Source: a bacterium
GTDB lineage: Bacteria > SAR324 > XYD2-FULL-50-16
Direction of reading: 5' to 3'
Length of the DNA: 64,000 nt
Assembly: GCA_032250835.1 (NCBI GenBank)
Contig: JAVVEA010000005.1
Span: forward strand, 134,402 to 198,401
Part shown: positions 18,909 to 27,663 of the stretch, one piece after another
Layout of the letters: every line of letters begins with the position of its first letter
Numbering within the stretch: the first letter of the stretch is position 1
Program-made: the position numbers and the translations under genes
Notes under the pieces: model-generated
Database searches by the model: none
What the model saw: the letters and a program-made list of their open reading frames with translations, nothing else
Told to the model about the DNA's origin: nothing

Positions 18909-21014
18909 ATGGCCCTATCACTTTCCAGCGCAACCTCCGCCGCCCCAAAGAATCGGTTTTTAAGTCCAGACTTCGCGCTGGCCGTCGGGTTGATTTTGAT
19001 CTTGGCGGTGATGATTCTCCCGCTGCCTGCGGTGATCTTAGACGTGCTCTTCGCGTTAAACATCACCTTCAGTATTTTGATCCTCTTTGTGGCCCTTTAT
19101 AGCCTCAAGCCCCTAGACTTCTCGGTCTTCCCCTCCATCTTATTGGTCACCACCCTGGCACGGCTCTCACTCAACGTGGCCAGTACCCGGGCGATCTTGA
19201 CCAACGGCAAGCAAGGCACCGGCGCGGCGGGGAATGTGATTCAGGCCTTCGGCTCTTACGTAGTTGGCGGTAACTACCTGATCGGTATCATCGTCTTCTT
19301 GATCTTGGTGTTGATCAACTTTATCGTGATCACCAAAGGTTCGGGCCGTATTGCAGAAGTGGCCGCTAGGTTTACCTTGGACGCTATGCCCGGTAAGCAG
19401 ATGGCCATCGACGCCGACCTAAACGCAGGCATTATCAACGAAGTCGAGGCCCAACGCCGCCGCCGTGAAATCCAACACGAAGCAGACTTCTTCGGTGCTA
19501 TGGACGGTGCATCCAAATTCGTCCGTGGTGACGCCATTGCTGGCTTGATCATCACCACCATCAACATTATCGGCGGTTTGGTTTTAGGCGTGCTCTTTTA
19601 CAACATGAGCCTCGCCAATGCGGCCACTACCTTCACCAGCCTAACCATCGGTGACGGCTTGGTGGGTCAGATTCCCGCCCTGATCATCTCGATCTCGGCC
19701 GGTATGGTGATCTCCAAAGCCGGTGCCCAAAACCGTTTAGGGGTAGATTTTGGCCTGCAACTTTTTGGCAACCCCTTTGCCATGATGCTGGCGGCTGGTG
19801 CCTTAGCTATGTTTGCCATGGTGCCGGGCATGCCGAAGGCGACGTTCATCTCCTTGGCTGCCTTGATCGCCTTTGTGGCCTGGAGAACCAAAAACAAATA
19901 TGCCGAAGCCGAACGGGTCCAACTGGTCCAGACTGAGGCCGCCGAGGCGACTGAGGCCGAGGAATCTAGCGAAAGCATTGTGGATCTTTTGCCCATCGAC
20001 ACTTTGGGCTTAGAGTTAGGTTACGCCTTGATCCCGCTGGTTGATGCGGACCAAGACGGGGAACTGTTAGAGCGGGTCAAGGCAATCCGGCGGCAGGTGG
20101 CCTTGGACATGGGCTTTGTGGTGCCTCCGGTACACATCAAAGACAACTTGCAGCTTGAGCCCGGCGCGTACAGTGTCGTGATCAAAGGCATCGAGGTCGG
20201 CAAAGGCGAAATGATGATCGACCACTTCTTAGCCATGCAGGCGGGCGAAGTGGACGAAGAGGTCGACGGCATCCCCACCACCGAACCGGCCTTCGGCCTG
20301 CCAGCGCTTTGGATCAGCGAGGCGGACAAGGAAAAGGCACAAATCGCAGGTTATACGGTGGTTGACATCCCGACGGTGGTCAGCACCCATTTGACCGAGA
20401 TCATCCGCAGCCACTCGCCGGAGTTCTTGGGCCGCCAAGAGGTCCAGAAGGTACTCGACAAAGTGGCTTCTACGGAGCCCAAGTTGGTCGAGGAATTGAT
20501 CCCCGATTTATTGGGGTTAGGTACTATCCAGCGGGTTCTTCAAGCTTTGCTCAAAGAAAACGTCTCGATCCGCGACATGAACACGGTCTTGGAAGTGTTG
20601 GCCGACACGGCTCAATACACCAAGGTGCCCGAGATTTTGGTGGAGCACGTCCGCGAAGGACTAGCCCGCAGCATCACACGCCAGTACCAAAACCAAGAAG
20701 GGATTGTGCCAGTGATGACCTTGAGTCAAGACATGGAGCACATGATCGTCGAGGCGATCCAAGACACCGGTCAAGGGACCTTCTTAGGGATTGCGCCCGA
20801 AGACGCTCAGCGCATCATCGAAGCCATCGAACAGGGCATCGAGGCCTTCAATATGTACAACTACCAACCGGTGATCCTGTGCGGCCCTCAGGCCCGCATC
20901 CAGGTCAAACGGCTGACCGAACGGGCGATCCCCAACTTAGCGGTGATCAGCCACAACGAGATTGCCTCAGAAGTGCAGGTCGAATCGCTAGGCAACATCG
21001 ACTTTGTCAGCTAA
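18909..21014 (+). CDS. flhA: Flagellar export protein FlhA
   Basis: RIAEVAARFTLDAMPGKQMAIDADL, GAMDGASKFVRGDA. Confidence 0.97.
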   Translation: MALSLSSATSAAPKNRFLSPDFALAVGLILILAVMILPLPAVILDVLFALNITFSILILFVALYSLKPLDFSVFPSILLVTTLARLSLNVASTRAILTNGKQGTGAAGNVIQAFGSYVVGGNYLIGIIVFLILVLINFIVITKGSGRIAEVAARFTLDAMPGKQMAIDADLNAGIINEVEAQRRRREIQHEADFFGAMDGASKFVRGDAIAGLIITTINIIGGLVLGVLFYNMSLANAATTFTSLTIGDGLVGQIPALIISISAGMVISKAGAQNRLGVDFGLQLFGNPFAMMLAAGALAMFAMVPGMPKATFISLAALIAFVAWRTKNKYAEAERVQLVQTEAAEATEAEESSESIVDLLPIDTLGLELGYALIPLVDADQDGELLERVKAIRRQVALDMGFVVPPVHIKDNLQLEPGAYSVVIKGIEVGKGEMMIDHFLAMQAGEVDEEVDGIPTTEPAFGLPALWISEADKEKAQIAGYTVVDIPTVVSTHLTEIIRSHSPEFLGRQEVQKVLDKVASTEPKLVEELIPDLLGLGTIQRVLQALLKENVSIRDMNTVLEVLADTAQYTKVPEILVEHVREGLARSITRQYQNQEGIVPVMTLSQDMEHMIVEAIQDTGQGTFLGIAPEDAQRIIEAIEQGIEAFNMYNYQPVILCGPQARIQVKRLTERAIPNLAVISHNEIASEVQVESLGNIDFVS

Positions 21015-21033
21015 CAGGCCCCAGCTTTAAAAG

Positions 21034-21060
21034 AGCCCCCTACCCTGGGGGCTTTTTTTT
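21034..21060 (+). terminator. Intrinsic terminator after flhA
   Basis: AGCCCCC/GGGGGCT stem followed by a T-run. Confidence 0.85.
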
Positions 21061-21476
21061 GCCCAAAAATCGGCAGTGCCCGCTTAATGGGCTCAAAAAA
21101 CTCTGCGCTAGGGCCTCTAGGCGGCTCTAGAAAGCAAATTCCCTGGTCCGCTGCACTCACCATCATCAGGACAATTTGCCGGTCCTGGGGTGCCGAAAAG
21201 TTAGGTGAGACCAAAGCGTCTGGGGAGAGGGATCGTTGTTGGTTGGTGAGCCCCCCCTGCGTTTGGGGCGCACAGCAAGCAAAAGAGCGATTTGCAGCCC
21301 CTTGAGCAAGGGGCTCAGCAGAGCATTAGGCGAGGACTGATATCTTTTGGGGAGGCGGCATTCCACCAGCAAACAAGCCGGCGGCAGACGACCACCCGGG
21401 CCAGGGCATCGGAGCCATCAACGCGGTCGAAGGGGTTTTTATTGCAGCTCCCAAAGCAAGGCTGGCAAGGTTGTGG

Positions 21477-22169
21477 TCACGATTTCGGGTCCTTTGGTTT
21501 GACCTCAATTGTGTTTGCGCTCTGCAAATCCAGGAGGTCATTGAGATTGCCAAAAATCTGTCGGATGTCTTTCGGCGGGTTTTTCATGCTGCACCGCCGC
21601 ATCAAATCCCCATCGCGGAAAGCGATCACCACCCGGTCAATCTCCAAGATCGGCTCTAGAAGATTCTTTTTTACAGACCGCAAAAAGATCATACCCGCCA
21701 TAAAGGTGGCGGTCGCCATAAAAACGACGCCCCAAGCCCCAGCATATCCTAATTGCTTGGCCTTGGCGTCTGCCCGGTGCATAGCCGCTCGGTTGATGGC
21801 CCCTAGCTCAACGATGGCCTCCACCGTTTGTTTGAGCGCCCGGTCGTTGCCCTGGAAAGCCGCTTGATAATGCTGGGCTATTTTTTTTATGACCCTAGGT
21901 TCTTCTTGCTCAGTGATATTGTTGGATGCTTTGTTCAAAGCGTCGCGAAAAGATTCAATGGAAAACTCCGCTCGGTCCTCATCACTCTCTGTCATTAAAA
22001 GGCTGGACAGCATCCCCTCAGAAGCTTCTAGGGACACCTCATTCTGGTTGATAATGACGTCGATTGCCGGAGCCATCCGCATAAAGACCCAGATAGATCC
22101 AAAAGCGATCAAGAGATTGAGGGCGATCAGAAGCCAGGCACCGACTTTCACGGATTGTGCGAGTTTCAT
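21477..22169 (-). CDS. Membrane sensor protein (TM, periplasmic four-helix bundle, TM, HAMP-like) with no output domain
   Basis: Two TM segments; NNITEQEE motif; EPI..GDL..R HAMP-like tail; ATGA overlap with ktrA. Confidence 0.75.
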   Translation of the reverse strand: MKLAQSVKVGAWLLIALNLLIAFGSIWVFMRMAPAIDVIINQNEVSLEASEGMLSSLLMTESDEDRAEFSIESFRDALNKASNNITEQEEPRVIKKIAQHYQAAFQGNDRALKQTVEAIVELGAINRAAMHRADAKAKQLGYAGAWGVVFMATATFMAGMIFLRSVKKNLLEPILEIDRVVIAFRDGDLMRRCSMKNPPKDIRQIFGNLNDLLDLQSANTIEVKPKDPKS

Positions 22170-22831
22170 GATTGGAAGCTCTTAGTCAATTTGGGGATAG
22201 CCGCCTCATTGGAGACAATGATCAGGTGGTCATTTTCCTGCAAAGGATCGATCGGTGATGGATGAAGAATTTTGGGCGGAATTCCTCTGCGGATGCCAAC
22301 CACCATGATACCAAAATGCTTCGGCAACGAAAGCTCGATGAGGTTTTTGCCAATCATGGCCGGTTGCACCCGAATCTCTGTTAGATTCAGGTCTTCCCCT
22401 AGATTAGTATCGACCACCACATCTTTATACAACAGCCGGTTGGCAAAGCGTTTGCCGAACTCACGCTCAGGGTTGATGATCTGGTGCGCACCGACCAGCT
22501 TCAAGATGCGCTGGTGCATCTTGTCATTGGCCCGCGCAATGACTACCGGAGCGCCCATCTGGCGCAACAGAGCGGTACAGATGATGGATGCTTCCTTTGA
22601 GTCATCGCCAATCGCGCAAACCGCAGAGTCCCTCTTAGCGGGCTCTAGGCGCGCCAGTTCAGCCTCGTCGGTGCCGTCAACAACCAAGGCCTCTGCCACA
22701 AAGGCCGAGGCCTCCTCGACAAGATTCCGGTTGGTATCGATGGCCAGCACCTCAGCTCCCTTTTCGGAGAGCGTTGAGGCCAGAGACATCCCGAAATGGC
22801 CCAGGCCGATAATCAATATTTGTTGTGCCAT
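22166..22831 (-). CDS. ktrA: Ktr/Trk K+ uptake RCK regulatory subunit
   Basis: IGLGHFG, VLAID and INPEREFG motifs; TrkA-C tail. Confidence 0.9.
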   Translation of the reverse strand: MAQQILIIGLGHFGMSLASTLSEKGAEVLAIDTNRNLVEEASAFVAEALVVDGTDEAELARLEPAKRDSAVCAIGDDSKEASIICTALLRQMGAPVVIARANDKMHQRILKLVGAHQIINPEREFGKRFANRLLYKDVVVDTNLGEDLNLTEIRVQPAMIGKNLIELSLPKHFGIMVVGIRRGIPPKILHPSPIDPLQENDHLIIVSNEAAIPKLTKSFQS

Positions 22832-22847
22832 AGGTGGATCTCGCTAC

Positions 22848-24851
22848 TTAAGTGATGGATACGCTGATCATCGGATGCCGGTTATCGGCAATGGCCTGTT
22901 CATCGTTTAAAAGCATAAATAAAGTAATCGGCCCGATCCGCCCGGCGAACATGGCAAAGATGATGATAACCTTGCCGATGGCGTCCAGCAATGAGGTTGC
23001 TCCGGTAGACAGACCAACGGTGGCGAGGGCCGAGGTGGCCTCAAAAATCAAGTCCCTAGCGGGGATTTCCTGGGTCACTTGCAGCATCAAGACGACCCCA
23101 AACCATATCGCCCCCCCTGCCCCCAGAACGGTGATGGCGCGGTAGATCGTCGCCGATTGGATCCGCCGGTTTTGGAAGATGATCTGGTTTCTATTGGTGA
23201 TATTGGACCAAAAGGTCAGGGCCAAGATACTGATGGTCGTGGTTTTTACGCCACCGGCGGTCCCTCCTGGACTGCCGCCGATAAACATAAAGGCGGTCAT
23301 GATCAGAAACATGGGGCCTGATATACTGGCGATATCGACGGAATTAAATCCCGCAGTGCGCAAGGTAACGGACTGGAACCAGGCATTCTGTATTTTATCG
23401 CTTAGGGACAATCCCCCCAAGACGCCGTTCCATTCGAAGGCGAGCACAAAAAAAGTCCCTCCGGCCAGCAAAATAACGGTGGTGATCAAGGCCAGCCTGG
23501 GGGCAATCGGAACGGGCTTTCGGCTCAGCCATCTAGGCACCATCAAACTAGTCGCCGGTGCCATCCCCCCGGAAACGATCAGTCCCGCCACAATATGCAG
23601 GACCCAAGGGTTGGATTGGTAGGGAATCAAGCTGTCGGTTTGCAGGGCAAATCCCGCATTGCAAAAGGCCGATACGGCAGTGAACAATCCCCGCCAAATA
23701 GCTTGGCTGATGGGATCTCCCTCGGCGTAAAACAGTAGGCTCAGGAACAGGGCACCTAAAACTTCGGCCACCAGAGTAAACTTGAGGATCGTGGCCAGCG
23801 CCTGGAGCAGGTCCTGATGGCTGGTATCGGTCATCGCCACCAACAGCCGCTCATGTCTAAGGCTCAACCGACGGCCCATAACTTGTAGGGCTATAGTCGT
23901 GATGCTCATGATGCCAAGACCACCAAGCTGGATCAGCAACAAGATAAATATCTGGCCCAGGAGCGTAAAATCGTTGGGCGTATCGAGCACGATCAGGCCG
24001 GTCACACAGACCGCACTGACGGCGGTAAAGACCGCATCGATCAATTCAATAGTACCCCCTTGCGTCGATGCTGGAATCATGAGCAACAGGGTACCGGCCA
24101 GACTAAGGAGAAAAAAGGTGGCGAACAAAATTCGTCCTGGGTGGTCGCCTAACATGTCCCACCAATGATCTTCGCGACCCTGTTTGTTGGGCTTTCGCGG
24201 AATCATTAAGAAGCTGATGAAACTCGTCAGGCTAACCAAAACCGCAATCACCTGGACCGAAGGCCAGAACAACATGAGGGCGAGGGCCCACAGGGTGAAG
24301 GCCGCAGCAACAATGCGCCACTTCAACCGACCATTCACCGCCCAATGGAGAAAAAGAACTTGAGCAATCAACGAGGAGGCGGCAACGCTGTAGCGTGCTG
24401 GAGAACCGGCAGGCAACTCTAATAACAGAAAGGCGGCCACTACGGCCGGTACGGTCAGGGCCGCCCAACGAGCGCGCTGGAGGCAACGCGCGGCATGATT
24501 ATTCCGGTCTTCGTTTTTGCTGATGTCAAAGTCAAACAACAAGACCAGGACAAAAACCAGACCAACCAAACCGGTAAGCGCAGCAAAGGGATCTCTTGAA
24601 AGGTAGGGGAAGGCTGCCGAAAAGCTCGCCACCGAAGCCCCTGTAGCTAGTACTTTAGCGAACCGGGGGCGACGAAAAATGGTCAAAGCGAACAGAAAGC
24701 AAGAGGCCACCGCAAGGGCCGAAAAGGCCCCCCGCCAAACCGGTGGATATCCCGATTCAACCCCGAGAAAAGAGAGCACAAACAGGAAGGGAGAAAAAAC
24801 CATGAGGGTTCCTTCTAAACCTATCTTTGAAATATATGCTCTTGATTTCAT
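22848..24851 (-). CDS. ktrB: Ktr/TrkH K+ transporter membrane subunit with long N-terminal membrane extension
   Basis: Four pore motifs: CVTGL, FCNAGF, RTAGF, ATVGL; also GGSPGGTAGGVKTTT. Confidence 0.9.
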   Translation of the reverse strand: MKSRAYISKIGLEGTLMVFSPFLFVLSFLGVESGYPPVWRGAFSALAVASCFLFALTIFRRPRFAKVLATGASVASFSAAFPYLSRDPFAALTGLVGLVFVLVLLFDFDISKNEDRNNHAARCLQRARWAALTVPAVVAAFLLLELPAGSPARYSVAASSLIAQVLFLHWAVNGRLKWRIVAAAFTLWALALMLFWPSVQVIAVLVSLTSFISFLMIPRKPNKQGREDHWWDMLGDHPGRILFATFFLLSLAGTLLLMIPASTQGGTIELIDAVFTAVSAVCVTGLIVLDTPNDFTLLGQIFILLLIQLGGLGIMSITTIALQVMGRRLSLRHERLLVAMTDTSHQDLLQALATILKFTLVAEVLGALFLSLLFYAEGDPISQAIWRGLFTAVSAFCNAGFALQTDSLIPYQSNPWVLHIVAGLIVSGGMAPATSLMVPRWLSRKPVPIAPRLALITTVILLAGGTFFVLAFEWNGVLGGLSLSDKIQNAWFQSVTLRTAGFNSVDIASISGPMFLIMTAFMFIGGSPGGTAGGVKTTTISILALTFWSNITNRNQIIFQNRRIQSATIYRAITVLGAGGAIWFGVVLMLQVTQEIPARDLIFEATSALATVGLSTGATSLLDAIGKVIIIFAMFAGRIGPITLFMLLNDEQAIADNRHPMISVSIT

Positions 24852-25346
24852 GACAATAGTAGTCCTGCTTCCTGCTTCTGTGAAGACTCTAGTTGACTAC
24901 GACCCTGAAACTTATCCTTATAGTTTTATTTATGCCTAGTGTCAAAGTGCTTTCACCTTTTCCTCCGTCCCATAGCTCAGCGCTGTGGTGCCCTTCGGGG
25001 TCCGGTCTTTGGGGTTTGCCCAGGTCTGCCTATTTCGATTCCAATGGGTGACTGCATCTGGTTTTTGGCTTAAGCACCAAGGCCGCCCAATAGCCGCCAA
25101 ACACCTAGGTTAGACTGCAAAGGTTTTCTTTTTCCCTTATCACTCCCCGTAGGCTGTTAGCTTCGCGGAAAGACCGCGCGGGCTGTCCGCTTGCTTTGCC
25201 AAAAGTATAACGGATTCATCGTGGCTGGTGGGCTGAGGGCTCATCAATCAATCCCGGCCCTGGGCTTGGGTTGGTTTAGAAAAGCCCGAATCCAATCGGT
25301 TTGCTGGGCTACAAAGGCCTTTGAAAGTCAGCGGAATACTGGGGGC

Positions 25347-25377
25347 AAAACAAAAAAGCCCAGTAGAGCCGGGCTTT
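25347..25377 (-). terminator. Probable intrinsic terminator downstream of the 25405 ORF
   Basis: AAAGCCC/GGGCTTT stem followed by a T-rich tail on the minus strand. Confidence 0.55.
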
Positions 25378-25404
25378 GGTGCAGCTAAAAAGAGGGGGCC
25401 TAGG

Positions 25405-26199
25405 CTATTCTCCGTGGTCACGTTCCAAGCGAGCTTGAACCAACTCCAAGGCTTTCTTACGCACCGCAATCTTGGGCGAAAGCAAGGTTTTAAGGCCTTC
25501 ACGTTCCTTTTCGTCACCCCGCGAATAGAGACGCAAACAGACCCGGAAGATGGCCTGCAAACGACGCTCTAACATCGAAGGTGACACCCCTGGATCAGAG
25601 ATATCTTTACCCAAAAGTTTGACTTCGTCCAAAGCCAGCTTCACAATCAACCGCTTCACCGTGGCCGCAAAAGCCTGGGCTGCCTCTTCGGCCATAAAGT
25701 CATCGGCTACGGAATAAAAGACCTCGATCTGTTTGATCCGGTTCATCACCCGCTCGCCCGTATCCCCTACAATTTCGCCTACCTGTTTAACTAGGCCTTT
25801 TAAGACGTTGGGCTGGGGAAATTTCTTGATTGCCTGGGCGGCGAAGTCCTTGGGGCGTTCGGTCTGGCGTTGGAAATAAGAAGCGGCTACTTTGGGGTCT
25901 AAGAAGACCCAAAATTTGGCCTTTTTATTGACGATCCCCATCACCGGTTTTTCCAAAAAGAGATAGAGATCTCTCTTGCCTGCTAAAAAGTCAGCAAATC
26001 CAGGCCAATCATTGGCTAATGCAAAGGGCTTCAAAAAGTCAGTGGCCTGACGATTATCAATGATCAGGTTCCAGCCGCTTGAAGTGATGTCTATATTCAG
26101 CGCCTTGGAAAACTGCTTGGCCAACCCCTCACAGGTCTCAATCAGTATTGGGCTGAATATGTCGTAGAGCTGTTCGGGGGCAACCCGGATTTCTTCCAT
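25405..26199 (-). CDS. Hypothetical cytoplasmic protein
   Basis: 264-aa ORF; no signal peptide or motif recognised. Confidence 0.65.
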   Translation of the reverse strand: MEEIRVAPEQLYDIFSPILIETCEGLAKQFSKALNIDITSSGWNLIIDNRQATDFLKPFALANDWPGFADFLAGKRDLYLFLEKPVMGIVNKKAKFWVFLDPKVAASYFQRQTERPKDFAAQAIKKFPQPNVLKGLVKQVGEIVGDTGERVMNRIKQIEVFYSVADDFMAEEAAQAFAATVKRLIVKLALDEVKLLGKDISDPGVSPSMLERRLQAIFRVCLRLYSRGDEKEREGLKTLLSPKIAVRKKALELVQARLERDHGE

Positions 26200-26277
26200 T
26201 CTTTTGGGGGAGGGGCGGTCAGCCGGTCCAGACTAAGCCGGACCGGTAAAAGAATTCACCTAAAGGCCAAAGCGAAC

Positions 26278-27633
26278 TTACTGCATACAGATCAATTCTT
26301 CAAAGGAGATTTTATTGTCTCCTTTGACCGTAGGCTTGGTGGCCCCTGTGGCATCAAGGCGGATGTTGACCAAGCTACTAAAGGTGGTCGAGATCCCGCT
26401 TTTTGCACTCCCGTAGTCCGGCGTATAAGTCGCGTTGTCTGACTTCTGGAAGACCAGCCGGGCATCCAAGTCCGCAGAGTTAGTGCAGGAAAAGGTTACC
26501 GTGCCAGCCGAGAAGGCGGTGGGAACCGTCACCGATTTATCTGAAGCGGTGGTCAAGCTGCTGGCCTTGATCTTGTTCGTACTGGCATAGCTGGTGATGG
26601 CCGAGCTATTGGCCGAATCGATCAGCGTAAGCAACTGGTTGACCTCGGCGTAGGTGGCGTTGCTGGTGCAAGCGCCGCCATTGTCGATCTTGGTGGTAAA
26701 GTCCGATAGCCCTTCACGCAGGTCTGAATCGCTAGGCAAACCTAGCGAATTCGAATCAGCATCCAAGGAGTTGATCGCGCTCACAATCGAATCGGTTAGC
26801 GTCAACACCGCACTACCGGTGCTGATGGTGGCGGTGAACATATTCTGGACATCGTTTACCGTCGCAACTACCGCGCAAGTTCCCGAAACCGTAGCCCCGG
26901 CAGCCAATTCAGCGGTGGTTACTATGCCGCAGGTGTCCATGTTGCTTCCGGTGGTCCCGTTCAGACCTTCGATACCGTCATAGTTCGTATCAGACCAGCA
27001 GTTGGCCGTAGTCTTACTGGTATCGATCAAATAGGGCGTGGTGCCGTCTTTGACGAATTGTAGGTAATTTGAAGTCGAGATGTCGTTGCTGCCGTAATTG
27101 GCCGTATCGCTGCTGCTGCGGAGCTTAGTGAAGCTTTGAGTCTCCGATTCGGAAATGGTCCCGTTTTTATCGGCATCCAACTTGATATAAGTTTCGGCGA
27201 GCAGGTAACCTAAGGTAGCAAAGAAGTGGATTTCAATATCCGGGGTGCTACGGGTTTTGCCTTCGTAGGTATCACCGGTTCCATCACCCGAAAGGGTCCG
27301 TGCCGCCTCGTAATAGGTCTTGCCGTCCCAGGTGTCCCAATCGGTGGCACTCGAGGGAATGCCTAGGGCCGTGTTGAAGTTATCGGACGCCCCATCGGCC
27401 AAGAAGTTGGTGAACAAAAAGCCCGCCCGGCCCATATAGGCACTGGCTCGTTCATAGGTAGAGCAGCTAGTGTCTTCGCTGACAGTCACAAAATCGCTCT
27501 CGTCCAGCTTTTGGGTACAGCTGGTAGAACTGGTCGAATCAGCGCAACCGCTTAGCAACAGGCTTAACCCAACAGCCAAGGGCAGGAGGGCCCGGTTCGG
27601 CGATTTGCTTAAGGAGCTCAAATTAAATTTCAT
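26278..27633 (-). CDS. Ser/Thr/Asp-rich lipoprotein with EF-hand motif
   Basis: Lipobox LSGC; DADKNGTISESE loop; GAGG RBS. Confidence 0.8.
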   Translation of the reverse strand: MKFNLSSLSKSPNRALLPLAVGLSLLLSGCADSTSSTSCTQKLDESDFVTVSEDTSCSTYERASAYMGRAGFLFTNFLADGASDNFNTALGIPSSATDWDTWDGKTYYEAARTLSGDGTGDTYEGKTRSTPDIEIHFFATLGYLLAETYIKLDADKNGTISESETQSFTKLRSSSDTANYGSNDISTSNYLQFVKDGTTPYLIDTSKTTANCWSDTNYDGIEGLNGTTGSNMDTCGIVTTAELAAGATVSGTCAVVATVNDVQNMFTATISTGSAVLTLTDSIVSAINSLDADSNSLGLPSDSDLREGLSDFTTKIDNGGACTSNATYAEVNQLLTLIDSANSSAITSYASTNKIKASSLTTASDKSVTVPTAFSAGTVTFSCTNSADLDARLVFQKSDNATYTPDYGSAKSGISTTFSSLVNIRLDATGATKPTVKGDNKISFEELICMQ

Positions 27634-27663
27634 GGTCTATTCCTCTTTGCCTTTCCGGGGTTG

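Noticed and set aside
24955-24984. Possible c-di-AMP (ydaO) riboswitch upstream of ktrB (minus strand GCTGAG...GGACGGAGGAA)
   Set aside because: Only the 5' fragment resembles it. The downstream TTTTGGGG and CCCG...CAGCTAAC elements are absent in the right order. An Rfam search would settle it.
21061-25404. Ktr operon as a mobile unit with inverted ends related to the 63.5-kb repeat
   Set aside because: The shared words (ATGGGCTCAA, CGGCTCTA, GCCGGTCC) are only 8-11 nt and not collinear. No transposase or target duplication was seen.
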